Part shown: positions 28,543 to 40,600 of the stretch, in pieces | How positions within the stretch are numbered: position 1 is the stretch's first letter | Layout of the letters: every line of letters begins with the position of its first letter | DNA from: Chromera velia | Lineage: Eukaryota | Assembly (NCBI GenBank): GCA_018398765.1 | Contig: JAHBMJ010000255.1 | Span: 1-52,095 of the forward strand | DNA length: 52,095 nucleotides | Direction of reading: 5' to 3' | Position numbers and translations under genes: made by a program | The notes under the pieces: model-generated | Told to the model about the DNA's origin: nothing | The model's input: the letters and a program-made list of their open reading frames with translations, nothing else | Databases searched by the model: none

Positions 28543-28768
28543 NGGGGGGGGGGGGGATGGCAACATGACATGTAGGTGTCTTTGTTTAGCCAGACCAGGG
28601 AGAACACTGTCAGGGTGCAGTAGGGGCTGCCCCTGTGTAGCTGCTCAAAGGGCTTGTATCGGATGCATGCCTAGCCAGCGTGGGGGATGCAGAAATCTAT
28701 GGAATCGTCTCTCTTCTTCTTCTTCTTCTTCTTCTTCTTCTCCTTTACTCTTTTCTTCTCTCTCTCCT

Positions 28769-29002
28769 GCAGATAGGCAGATAGACAAACAGCCAGAAGA
28801 ACCAGAAAGAAAGAGACAAAGAGGAAAACCTCTAAAATAAGCGGATAGACAGACCAACAGACAGCCAGTGGGACCAGAAAGAAACAGACGTGGAGAAAGA
28901 CTCCCAGGACAGGCAGGCAGACAGACTGACAGGCAGCCTACAGACCCAAGAAGGAGGAGACGAAGAGGCAGACCTCCAAGGCAGGTAGATAGACAAACAG
29001 AC
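28769..29002 (+). repeat. Degenerate 72-bp (24-codon) tandem repeat x3.3 in the LINE ORF1 region
   Basis: ADRQIDKQPEEPERKRQRGKPLK* / ADRQTNRQPVGPERNRRGERLPGQ / AGRQTDRQPTDPRRRRRRGRPPRQ / VDRQTD. Confidence 0.8.
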
Positions 29003-29489
29003 ATACAGCAAGCAGAAATAGAAAAAGAGGAAAGCTAGGAGGAGAGCAATAGGAAGCTACCTAAACAGACAGCCAGACAGACAGAAAGTGAAGAGGAAGA
29101 TGCATATATATATGGTCATGCTTCCCCTATCTCTGTCTTTTGTCTTCCTATCTGTGATGTATGTGGGGGAGTACTGGGAGTAGGGGGGGTGCGGGTTTTT
29201 TTTTTGTAAAGAAGAGAAGACAGAAGAGGAGAGCAGTGCCACTGACGAGGCGGGAAGCAAGGCTCCCCCCCCCATGACTCGCATTATGGAAATTGTGTCT
29301 GTCAGCCTGAGGGGAGGAAATGGAAGAAAGAGAGAATACGAAATCAGACGGGAAGAATGGGAAAAGACTGCATGGGTCTCGGCCTCACTTATGCCTCAAT
29401 CAATGAGAGCCGCTTTCTGGGCTGGCAGAAGATGAAACCCGATCACTGGCCTCAAAAAGGCACCTCACCCTACCTCTTCATCGTGTCAG

Positions 29490-29770
29490 TCTTCTTTTTC
29501 CTCCTCCTCCTCCTCCTCCTCCTCCTCCTCCTCCTCTTCTTCTTCTTCTTTTTTTTCTTCTTCTTCTTCTTTTTCTTCTTCTTCTTCTTCTTCTTCTTCT
29601 TCTTCTTCTTCTTCTTCTTCTTCTTCTTCCTCTTCCTCTTCCTTTTCCTCTTCCTCTTTTTCTTCTTCTTCCTCTTCCTCTTCCTCTTCCTCTTCTTCTT
29701 CTTCTTCTTCTTCTTCTTCTTCTTCTTCCTCCTCCTCCTCTTCCTCCTCCTTTTCATCTTCCTCTTCCCG
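29490..29770. repeat. ~280-bp (CTC)n/(TTC)n polypyrimidine trinucleotide tract
   Basis: Directly visible, between the LINE ORF1 and ORF2 regions. Confidence 0.95.
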
Positions 29771-29906
29771 CCCCTCTGCTTTTACGTCAATTCCAGACTG
29801 GGTTCTCAAACCGTCTCCTCCTTTTATTTTCTTTAAGAATGAACCTTTTCCCTCTTCTTCTTTTTCTTTTTCTTCTTCTTCTTCATCTTCTTCCTCTGCA
29901 ACCGGC

Positions 29907-30760
29907 ATGCGAAACGTGACAGTGAATGGAAGAAGGCTGTCCATTGCCATGCTGAATGTTGGGGGTCTTGATTCTCGTCTCGGGAATGAATCGCTTGACC
30001 GGTGGTTGGAAGGGATCGATATTGCAATCCTGACTAAAACGAAGTATATTACCACTTCAATCAACACACCCACCCATACGGGAAAAAACTTCAGTCATCA
30101 AGAATGGTACAAAAGAAAGCTGGGGGTACATAAAAGAGCAAAGGACATGGAAGTAAAAACAAGGGGGGTGTGTATCCTTGTCCGATCATGCTTGGTCGCT
30201 AGTCTGAAGCCTTTTTGGGAGTTGGTGGGGCCCAGTATGGTCAAACTAACACTCAGGAGCTGCTTGCTGGCCCAGGAGGGGGGGGAGGCGAATGCATCTC
30301 TGCACATTTTCGGTGTTTATCACCTCCAATCGGGGGCAGAGAAGAGACTAAGAAACAATGAACCGAAAGAGGTAGAGAGAGAGACACTTCTCAACGCAGT
30401 CTATGATATTCCGCTATACGACCTTCGCATTGTGGTAGGAGACTTCAATTACCACATAGGAAAGGAGGTCCCTAAAGGAATTTTATGGGAAAGGGATCGG
30501 GGAGGCGGGTGACTTATAAGAGATCTTGGGGGGTAAGGGGGAAGAAGCAATCGAGGGACTGTCTCACCGCTCTGACTGTCGTTCAATCGTAAACGAACCA
30601 GGAAGAGCTGCCATTCACTTTTGTGAGAAAGCAAACCTCCTTTCCTTGAATGGCCTGTCTTGAAAAGATGAAAAGAAAGGGATTGAAGTCGACTTCACAG
30701 GGGCTTGCACTTATTATGAAGAGGGTGCCCTAGCTACGGTCATTGATTTGTTTTTAGTTG
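29907..30760 (+). pseudogene. LINE apurinic-type endonuclease domain (disrupted)
   Basis: LSIAMLNVGGL, DIAILTKTK (catalytic Glu replaced by Lys), GVCILVR, IFGVY, IVVGDFN, then LNG and TVIDLFLV after frameshifts. Confidence 0.82.
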
Positions 30761-31739
30761 ATCCTCCTCTTCTTGGTTTATGAAATTCTTTTGGGGTTGA
30801 GCTACAGCCTGACGCAGTCCCCGAACATGCAGCCGTTTCTCTATCTCTCAAACCCTCATCTCCGCCAAAACCGAATAACAACTTGCCGCCTCACCCTTCC
30901 ATTGTCCTATCCCCTTCTTTTACGAAGCCAGGAAGGCAAACGCCAGTCACCAATGATGAAATGATACCTCTGGTAACTTCGGTAAAAGATTTAGCAGGGA
31001 AGCTTTGGCCTGGGTTGTAGGATGCCGGGATTCAGGAATCGAAAAAAGAAGGCAAGCCTATTCCATCCATACCTTCGCCTCCTCCTCCTCCCCTCTTCCC
31101 GCCTCCCCTTGTGTCCGTCCCTTCTTTCTACCCCGCTACTTAGATACCACCTTCTGCCTTTCCGTCTTCCACTTGTTCTATCTCTATACCACCAAAAAGC
31201 CAAATAGCCAGACTCACCTAACAGTGGGAGCATGTACTCGCGCAACCCAAGGAGAGAAAACGAAAGCCAACTCATCCAAGGAAAAGTGAAAGGAAGGAAA
31301 AGGCTGTCGCACCTTGGAGGGATCAAGAATGCAGGGAGATTTAGAAGAGAGTTAGATCCGCAGAAAGGGAATAGAAGGAAGAAAGGGAACTCTGGGGGAA
31401 CGAAGACGAGCGGTGAATCACAGCAAAGAGAAAGATAAACAGGTTAAACAGAGAGAGAGAGGGAAGTTGATAGCAAGAAAAAAGAGAAAGTATGTTATTC
31501 TTCAGACAGAGAGACTCGCGGAAGAAGCTGCTAAGGACCCAGCAGCCCTATGGAAATGGAGGAGGGAGAGAAAAAAGGCAGAGAGTGGGAGTGAGGGAGA
31601 AAAGCCGTCCAGCTTTTTGTTTTCAAATTTTTGGGCCGATGTGTTCAGTGAGGATGGACTGGAGCCTCAAAAGAAGGATAAAACACCAGCTCCCCCCCTG
31701 GCACCTTTCTTCTCTTTCAATAAATGTGAGAAAATACTG

Positions 31740-32909
31740 AAGGCAATCGACCCAAAGAAGGCAGCCGGCCTCGAAGGAATCTCCCCTGCGCAGGTACATT
31801 TATGCTTTTCCTCTTCTCGTCTGTCTCGTTTTCTTCTTTTCATTTTCTTCAATCTTTTTTTCCTTTTTTCTTTCTAGCCAGAAAAGTGGAACTTCATTTG
31901 AATCGCTCCTGTTCTAAAAGGTCACGTCTCTCCTTCTTGTGATGAATGGAGGCCCATACACATTGTCTGCCTTCTGGCAAAGTTGTTCACATTGTTGATG
32001 GATGGTCGGTTAAGGGAGATAACGAATATAGATGAACGACAGGTGGGTTTCAGGAAAGGGGTCAGTATAAAGGAAGCGATAGCTGCTCTTCATGCTCTCA
32101 CGGCTTCAGCAAAAAAGAGACACAGACCCCTCCTTACAGCGTTTATTGACTTCAGCAAGGTATTTGACCGAATATCCAGAAAGAAAATGATTGACAGACT
32201 TAGAGAGGAAGGAGTCAGCGAGAAAGACGTGTGTATGATTCATTCTATGTATATAAATGTGTGGGAAAGGGTGGATGGGTCGGATTGGGTCTTTCCCAAA
32301 AGTGCAGGGGTAAAACAGGAAGATCCACTTTCTCCTCTTCTTTTTCTTTTGTTTATTAATAATATTCATTCTGCTCTGAGTGTTGAAGGGAGGGAAGCTG
32401 ATAACGGCTTGGATGGGGAATTAGATACGGATGAAAGACAGAGGGGGAGAGAATGTGGAGAGAGGAGAGAGGAGAGTGAAACAACGGAGCAGCGACCCCA
32501 CATCCCTGAGGAGGTAAGATTGGTAGACTTACTGCTTGAGAGCATAGGTTACGCAGAGTCTGACAATCTTATGATTTTTGCTTACTCTTCTTCTGACCTG
32601 CAGTGGCGTTTGGACCGTTTGGCCTCTTATTATCAGGAACATAGGTTGAAAGTGAATTTAAAGAAAACAAAAGTTCTTACACTCTCAGGTTTAGGAAGGG
32701 AAATAGAAGGGGAAGTAACTTTTGAAGGGAAGACAGTTGAACGTGTAGAGAGCTATAAATACCTTGGGTGTCGTGTGTTTGAGGAAGGGGACCCAAGAAA
32801 GTCAGTCAGGGACCAACTTGAAAGTGCTGAACGCTGTTTAGGGGCAGTGATAGACACTTGTTCATCCTTAGGTCCTTTGCCCCCTCGATGTAAAGTTTGT
32901 TTACTGTAG
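31740..32909 (+). pseudogene. LINE reverse transcriptase domain (disrupted)
   Basis: KAAGLEGI, WRPI, QVGFRKG, AFIDFSKVFDRI, GVKQEDPLSPLLF, YAESDNL (degenerate YADD), VNLKKTK, VESYKYLG. Stop at ~31875. Confidence 0.9.
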
Positions 32910-35277
32910 GCGCTCTGGGAGCCGGTGGCAATGTACTCGCTGGAAGCTTTGCCAGTAAGTCAGACAGATATCGTTGCACTTAATGTATTGTAGCTTCGAT
33001 TTGTGCGCTGGACATTCCGTTTGCCCTATAACTCTTTCAAGGTACCAACTTTGGTTTCGGTTGGTATGCGTCCTATGAGAGAGATCCTTTCTTGTCGGTT
33101 GGAAGGTTTCATAGAAAGCATAAAGAGAATAGAAAGGGAGGTTCCTCGGGCAGTCTGGGATGCATGGCATAGATCGCTGACCCCGGTATGGACCAATTCA
33201 GCCAGTAGCATACTTCAGACAATCGTACCAGATCTTTTAAAAAAAGAAAGCTAGAGAGGGAGAAACGGAACAAATAAATGGATACTCAAGCAGAAAGCGA
33301 GGGAAAGGGAAGCCTCAGAATAGTTGTTGGAATGGTTGACTTCAAGACCCGTCGGCGAGCATAGGCTCACCCATTCATGTGGCATCTATCCACGCAACTC
33401 CCGACTAAGTAATTTTCAGATAGAGAAGTTGAACCGATCGCACCAGCGTCTGGCCATGTTGCTTTTAGGGGGGAGGGTTAGAAGGGGGTGGGGTTACACA
33501 GTTCAATTGCGTACTCTGCCTTGCTCTCTCTTGTCTGGTAGTTCTTTTTTCACTTCTCTCCTTCGAGCATGTGCTGGTGGGGGAAAGAGACACGGTGGAT
33601 CCTGCAAAGAACACTGTATTCACTGTCCTGCAGTTGAAGGCAAAAAGGTGATCGACGATGCGGTGCATCGATTGTCTGCGTGCGTGCGAACAGAGCAGCT
33701 TAGATGAAGTTAGATCCAAACTTCATTCACTGGCAGAGAGAGTGAAAGAGAGAACAAGAATTGGTGAAAGGGTCTGCAGAGCAAGATGGACTGCTGCAGC
33801 TGGGGGAAGAGGTATCGAGAAAGAAGAGACATATGTAAGAGAGCTCATTTCATTCATTGTGGACCGGGAGCCGAAGAAGGCAAGTGCACTGATCGAAGCT
33901 TGTTTGAAATAAGTGCACGCGCGTCTTGTGTGGTTGTTCAGCCTTTAGCTTCAGCCTAGGCTGCAAAAGGTCGTGGTTGTTCATATTCATGCAGAAGCAG
34001 GCTTAGCTGCGGCGGTTTGCTCCTTTTATTTATAACTGCAGGCATGGGTGGCCATTTGTCTCTAATTTCAGAGACTTTAGGCTTAACCACAATTAAATAA
34101 GTAAGTAAGTAAGTACTGGGGGAAATTTGACATCGGGGCGGGAGGTTAATTCTCCGGATATTAGTCCTAATGCTAATCCCACATATATTTTAATAATTTT
34201 AAATGAAGCAATCAACTAGTCAATCAATCAATTTGAAACTATTTGAAACTCAAGGTTTAATTCTAATAATATTGAACACTATAATTAGTAATACACATCA
34301 TAATCATAAATCACTTTAAACATCTGATTATGTTACATATATATGAAAGTATATCTAGAAGTACATACTATTTAATATAAAATTGTGGACTTTAGAATTA
34401 CAACTTTAGACTCGATCAGTTAAAAATTTACTTGTAAATTTGTCTAAAGAATTTAAACTAGAATTTAAACAATCATTTAAATAATAATGTGAAAATGCAT
34501 GCGTAGGAATCGCCACCGGTAGTACGATCAACTATTTATGATCAATCATGATCAATTATACTCAATTCAAGACTAATTTCAAGTTACCACAACTTCCCAG
34601 TGGTACATGCATCATTTTAAGGTTAAACACGTGCGATTTACTGTTGCAAACTTGGAGTTTTGCATGATGGACATGCAGGATCTCATACACTTAAGCAGAA
34701 ACTTCCTTGCTGTTGATTGCATTTGCGCGACCCCAACCCCCTTTAACTGAATGACGCGTAGTAAGCGAAAGGAGCACTCGCACTTCATCCATTGAAGGCA
34801 TCGCTTGAGGGGTTGAGGTGTCAAAGGGTCATTGCAGTCAGTCTGAGACACACAAGGGAGAGAAACAGACGTTGAAGACATGACAAGGCAAGGGTCCTCT
34901 ACAGACGAGTAAGCGAAATTGGTTGGACAGAAAGGGGTAAATCCATATGAACAGGCATGAACGCACAAGCACTTTGCAAAGAAGACCTTATAGTTCTGTT
35001 CATGCCATCGTGCGGGGCTTCTCCCTCACTTCCGATTGTCGACAGTTGAGGTCCCATCGTCGAACGGATCGAGTTGTGCTCACTCTCTGCCTTCAAGCCA
35101 CCTCCACCCAACGGAAAATGATACAGGAATCTACAAATTCAAACCACAGTCGAGAAAGTTGCGATACAAAGCACAGGGCATGCACTTAAATATCGATATA
35201 CGGAAACGAGGAGGCACGATGGTCTCCCTGTGTCTTGACACAAGAACCCCCACACCCATCAGCAACCTCCCCGCGCA

Positions 35278-37613
35278 TCAGGAAGAGGACGCAGATGAGG
35301 AGGAGGAAGAGGAGCTGCTTGACTCCCCTCCCTCCATGCGTTCATCCCCCTTCTTTTCCTCTTCTGCCGCTCTCGCTGCTGCCTGCTCCTCCTCGACCTC
35401 GCTGGCCGGGGCCCCCGGCAGGCCCAGGACCCGAGTGCCCCCCTGCAGCAGACTCCCGACGTGCGACTGCTCCAGCCGCTTCCCCTGCCCCCTCGCCTCC
35501 ACGATTCTCTCCACAAACTCCTTCGGACTCTTCTCCCACCAACACACACGACCCGCAGCGTCTACCTCTGCGGCATACCTCCGCCCCAAGCCCTGCAGCG
35601 GCTTTCCGATCAGACCGTCTGGCTGGTCGAACGGCCTCTCGGAGTCCAGCCACTGACCGTAGGCGTGGGCCTGAGCGGGAAAGAAGCATGCCTCTCCTGC
35701 AAACACATTGTGGTCGTGCAGCTGCCTCTCGACCTTCGTGTGCGGTCGAGGAATGAGGGACAACAGCGAGATCATCTCTGTCTGCTCTGCTGTGTGGGAG
35801 AACCAGAGGGGCCCTGCATAGAGAGACAGACGGCAGAGGAGACGGAGAAGCAGATCTGATTGAGGAGCAGAATCACCCCCCTCCTCCATCCTGAGAGTCC
35901 CGTCTGCGCGCTTCGATCCCCCCACAAGGCGCCGCCCTCCCGGGGTCCCCGCAAGAGGGGAGGCGCGAGGAGAGGGACGACGCACGCCTGCCTCGAATCC
36001 TGCTGCAGTCATACTGCACGTGCTGAAGTACGAGTTGTTTCTGCGGAGGGTGAACTGTCTCCTCAATCCGTTCGCTCCCTTCGCCTGCACCTGCAGTTGC
36101 TGCTGAGCCCCGCTTTTGCCATCTGCAGGCTTGGCAGGCGGGGGATTGGGAGTGCTGCGGTCGCGCAAAGGGATGGAGGCAGTGAGTTTGGGTACGCACA
36201 GGCGGGGGTCGAGGAAGAGGATCTGCTGCTCGTGTGAGAAACGGGGGGCGAAGATGTGCAGAGAGCCCACGACCCCCCCCTCTACCCCCGTCTCGGACTC
36301 GCCCTGCTTCCCCTGGGGCTGGACAAGGGGGGTGGGCCTCCGGGGAGCTGCAGCGCGGCGGCGGCAGCTGCAGGAGGGTGTCGGAGGGGGGAGCTCTCTT
36401 CCTTCTTGATGAGAATGGAGGGATTCCGCACAGGGTGGCTGTCGGATTCCTCCCTCTTGACTTTCACATGTCTCTCCGCCCCCTCTCCTTCCTCTGCCTG
36501 CTGCTGCTGAGAGTCCCGATGGGAGTCGCGCTTTTTCTCTCTCCCCTCTCTGCGCCTCTGGTCAACAGAGACCTCCTCTGCGAGGGCTTCGGCCGTTGCG
36601 GCATCGAGAATGATCAGCGCATGAATCTCACTTGCATCCGTCACGCACCCACCACGACGGTCGCGCTTCCCCCCGACGGACTCTACCCCATGTCCCTCCT
36701 CCCGACGACGGCCCCGGACAGCCAGCACGTGCCATCCGATGGGCAGGAAGGGGTCTCTGCTCTTGTGGGACACACCCTTGACTGCGGTCACATCGCCCAC
36801 CACGTTCGGGTGGAGGATCTTCCCGAATTCCCTCACGGCGTAGACGTGCTCCCCCAAGAACTGAGGGGGGAGCTGAATGAGGGGCTTGTCCAATGTACCC
36901 TCAATTAGGGACTCCTGCCCCGGCACAGGTACTTCCCCTTCGATGGAGACGGGGGCTCTGGGGATCTTCGTCTGCACCAGGCCCGCACTACCGCCCTCAT
37001 CCCTGGGCTCGTCTTCCTCCGCCTTCTCCTCTGAGTCCTCCTCCTCCTTCTCTTCTTCCTCCTCCTCTCCCTTCTCCTCTTCCTTTTCATCCTCGCTGTC
37101 CGCCTCCTCTTCCTCTTCCTCCTCCTTCTCGAGCGCCGCTTCCTCAGCTTGCTGCCGTTCCCGTGCCTCCTTCTCCTTGGCGAAGGCGAAATCGCTTTTC
37201 CAACCGAAGACTGCCTCAGTGTACCCGTCCTGGTACTTCCACGGCATCCCTCTGATCGTCAGCCTCCTCTTCTTTGAGCTCGTCGGAAGGGCGCTCTCCT
37301 CGTAGGACAGCCTGGCGTGACTCCCCTGGAGGGCCTCGACAAGGTTGTTGTGCTGGGACTTTTTCGCACGGAGAAGAGAACGCCACACAATCGGAGGCTC
37401 GGCCTGGCCCTGCAACCTGCGACTCGCTCTGCATGTGGAGAGAGAAATGGGGGATTGGCAAAGAAAATTTGGATGGCCGCCATTGCACTGCGCTGTAGTC
37501 ATCGCATTTGTCAGAGGGCAAACAGCTGCACAGGTGCTCCATCTCACACAGAGACACACATGGAGCCGAGGAGGCAGGCTGACACCCAGAGAGACTCTCT
37601 CCCTCTCTCTACA

Positions 37614-37647
<34 letters not shown>

Positions 37648-40600
37648 GGGGAGAGAAAGAGAGGGTGAACAAGGAAGAGAAGTAGATGAAGAAAGATGAC
37701 AGACGGACTCGCATGTGGACGCTCCAGAGACCTACTGGCTGACCTCTGAGGATTGTCTTCGGTGAAGCGCACGAAGAAGTCGTCAAGGGACTTCACGCGG
37801 CCCGTAAGGACGCCCACCAGCGCAGGGTGAGGCTCCCACCCAAACGGCTTGTCCTCCCTGCACGCGCGTGGCGGTTTGGTCTTCTCTTTGGTGGTGGCCA
37901 TGCTCTCGTGCTCCAGCTCCCTCTCCTGCTCATCCTCAAGAGCGCTCCCCCCCATACCGTTCTCGGACCGGCGGGCAGGGGAGTGGTGCTTCACCTGCAG
38001 ACAGGCAGGCGGCGAAAGGAGCGCAGAGACAGAATTCTCTCTGAAGCAAATGACGTACAGCGGTCTGCCGCACACAAGAGGGAGAGAAAGAGGAGCGCTA
38101 CTCCTTCGGCTCACAAACACTGCGGGCTCTCGCTGCACAAGCGAACAAAATGAGCAAAAACAAAGCAAGGCGGAAAGAAAAAGACCAATCGACGGACCTC
38201 GTTGTAGACGAGCTGGCAGAGGTGCACGTACAGCTCTCGGAGCGCAAGAGTCTCTTTTCTGTTGTTTTTGATCTGCTGAACCTGCTGTTCTGCCTTCGTG
38301 ATGACGCCATTCTCGAGGAGGTCCTGAACGTGATAGGCGATGTGCTTGAGATCGGAGTTCTTCATGTACAGCTCCTTCAGCGTTGTCTTCTCCTTCTCGG
38401 AAATCATTTCTGAGAGGAATCTTTCCGCCTCCTCATACTGCCTCTGCCTCTTCTGCTCCTCATCCTCCTCTGCCTCCTCTCCCTGAGCACGCATCGATTG
38501 TTCCACCACAGAAGACTCCCCGAGGGCCTGTGCGGCCTGGGCGAAGGCTATCTGCCATCTGAGGCGGGAGGCCGCCTGTGTCGCCCACGCGTAGTAGCGG
38601 TCCTTGATCATCTGCAGGGTATTCTCCAAGGCCCACTCCATCGCGTCACACAAGTCAAGGGGACGCCTCTCGACTGCCCCTGCCGCTGCTGCTGAGGCAC
38701 CCCCCAAATGAGGGGACTCGTCGAGGGCATCGTCGTCATCTCCTGTGAGATCGATCACAAGGGCTCGTCGTCCGGCTCTCTTGGCATCCGCTGCCTCCTC
38801 CACAGCAGCCTGCTCAAGGATCTGGACGTCGTCTTCATCCTCCTCCTCCTCGGCTTCCCCTTCTCCCTCGTTCTCGTCGCTGTCGGAGTCCTCTTCATCC
38901 GACTGATTCGAGGCCTTCTCTGTTGCGTCGTCGTCTGCCATCTGGATGTCCGTTTGCTCCTTCGCCTTCTCAGGCTGGCGGGACGCAGGGGGAGGGGGGC
39001 TGACGCCTCGTGAAGGGGGGTTGGAGTTATCCTGCGCGTGCACAGAGACGTCTCTGGAGACGGGGGCCGTGGAGGCTTCCGGAGAGGCCCCGTCGAGGTG
39101 CTGCTGCTCTTCCTGCGACTGCCCTTGTATTTTCGCTTTGCCGGGGCAGAGGGCCTAATGGAGGTCGGGGAACTCTTCGGGGCCCATCTCTTCGAGGAGA
39201 AGCTCTCGTAGTCCGGTGCGACGACTGGCCTCCCGATCCCTCAGGCTCTCCCGAATCTGACGGTCGACCTGCAGATTCAGAAAGAGTGAGCCAGTCAGTC
39301 ATTTGGCTTTTGGGTGGACTCCAAAGGAGTCGTTCGGCAAATCACATTCTCGCGAATTTTCTGGCCGACCTGCGCAGAACGCAGAATGCCTACTGGACGA
39401 GAGAGTGGACCAGGGGAGCAAAGATGAAAGCGGCAAGACAGGTGGAAACAACAGACGACAGAGAAAGCATACCGGTAACAGAATGTTCCGTCAAATGCTG
39501 CACACGCATTCGTACTCGCTCTCTTCACTTCCCAATCAACAATGAAATCGACACAGACAAAGGGTCCCCTCCTCAAGTTCGCAACGTTTCCGATTCCTCA
39601 CTCACCTCTGCACTCGCCACCACACGAAGGGAGTGGCCCTGGCCAATCAGTCGGAGACGGCACGCGCCCTGCTCAACCTTGTCGAGGGTCACGCCCTTCC
39701 CCAGCGTCAGACAGGCCCGGGTCCCCTCGGGGAGCTTCAAGTCGGTCCCTCTGCAGTGGGCGTCGTCCAAAAACACCAGACAGTCCTGAAGGAAGGAAGG
39801 AGAAGAGAGAAGAGGGAAGGAAGAAAGGGGTAGGGGAAGGGGGGAAACTCCTTTCACAGAGACACGGAAGGACACCACGTAGGTGTCGTTGTACACTGCT
39901 GCTTGCTGTTTCTCTACTCTTCTCGACTTCTCTAAATGCTTTCACCATCCCCACCCGTGTGTGTCCTCACTTGGATGCCACAATTCATCCATCCATCCAT
40001 AGATCCATCCATATACATCGCTGCTGCCGCTCCATCAGTCCCTTAGATGCTTCTTGATTCCTCACAAGAAGGTTCAGGAAAAAAAGGTCTGTGTTGAAAT
40101 GGTGTCATCATGCGAACCAGCAGCAAGCAAACATTCCGCCAGACAGAAGGCGGCCTTGTCTACATAGGCAGAATCAGCCAGAGAGCACACTTACTGGAAA
40201 AGAAAACTTGCAAATTTCGAGCGTCAATTCATCTTTTCGCACCACTGGCTTTTCCTACTGCCCACCTGCAGTCTGTTGGCAAAAGGAGACAAGCGGAAGT
40301 CGTTCACATCGCCTCCGCAGTCCTTCACCTTCAGCTCGTTGCCGTTGTCGTAGTAGACGACTGACAAGGGCACCCTGATCCCTCTTTCCCCTTCCGCCTT
40401 CCTCGTCTCCCTGTCTGTCACCACTCTCTCCAGCCAGAGAGAGGCAGCCGCCGGGTTGTCCATGCCGGAGATGAGTGCGCCCACGTCAATGATCACATTG
40501 ACATCTATCAGCTCGGCCAGGGAGAAGAGCACGTCTTTTCCCCTCACGCCAGAGGGAAGGGCGGAGTATCTCATGTTCTCCGGGCGGAGAAGACGCACGA

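Larger units (their letters stand above)
27500..34115 (+). mobile_element. Degenerate non-LTR retrotransposon (LINE, APE + RT type); 5' boundary approximate
   Basis: ORF1-like remains at 27579-29300 (SNRFACL, coiled-coil-like, Cys cluster). APE endonuclease at 29907-30760. RT at 31740-32909. C-terminal CIHC...H...C knuckle at ~33615-33682. 3' end AATTAAA(TAAG)4TA at 34091-34115. Many stops and frameshifts. Confidence 0.88.

Noticed and set aside
28769..29002. Possible CRISPR-like regularly spaced repeat
   Set aside because: The units are degenerate, codon-phased tandem repeats with no unique spacers, there are no cas genes, and the context is eukaryotic.
29357..30073. Poly-F, poly-K/R and poly-E ORFs in the ORF track
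   Set aside because: They are translations of the (TTC/CTC)n tract and show no other coding signal.
27325..34128. CTGGGGG(GG)AAAT at ~27325 and ~34116 as a LINE target-site duplication
   Set aside because: The match is imperfect and low-complexity, and the 5' end of the element is undefined.
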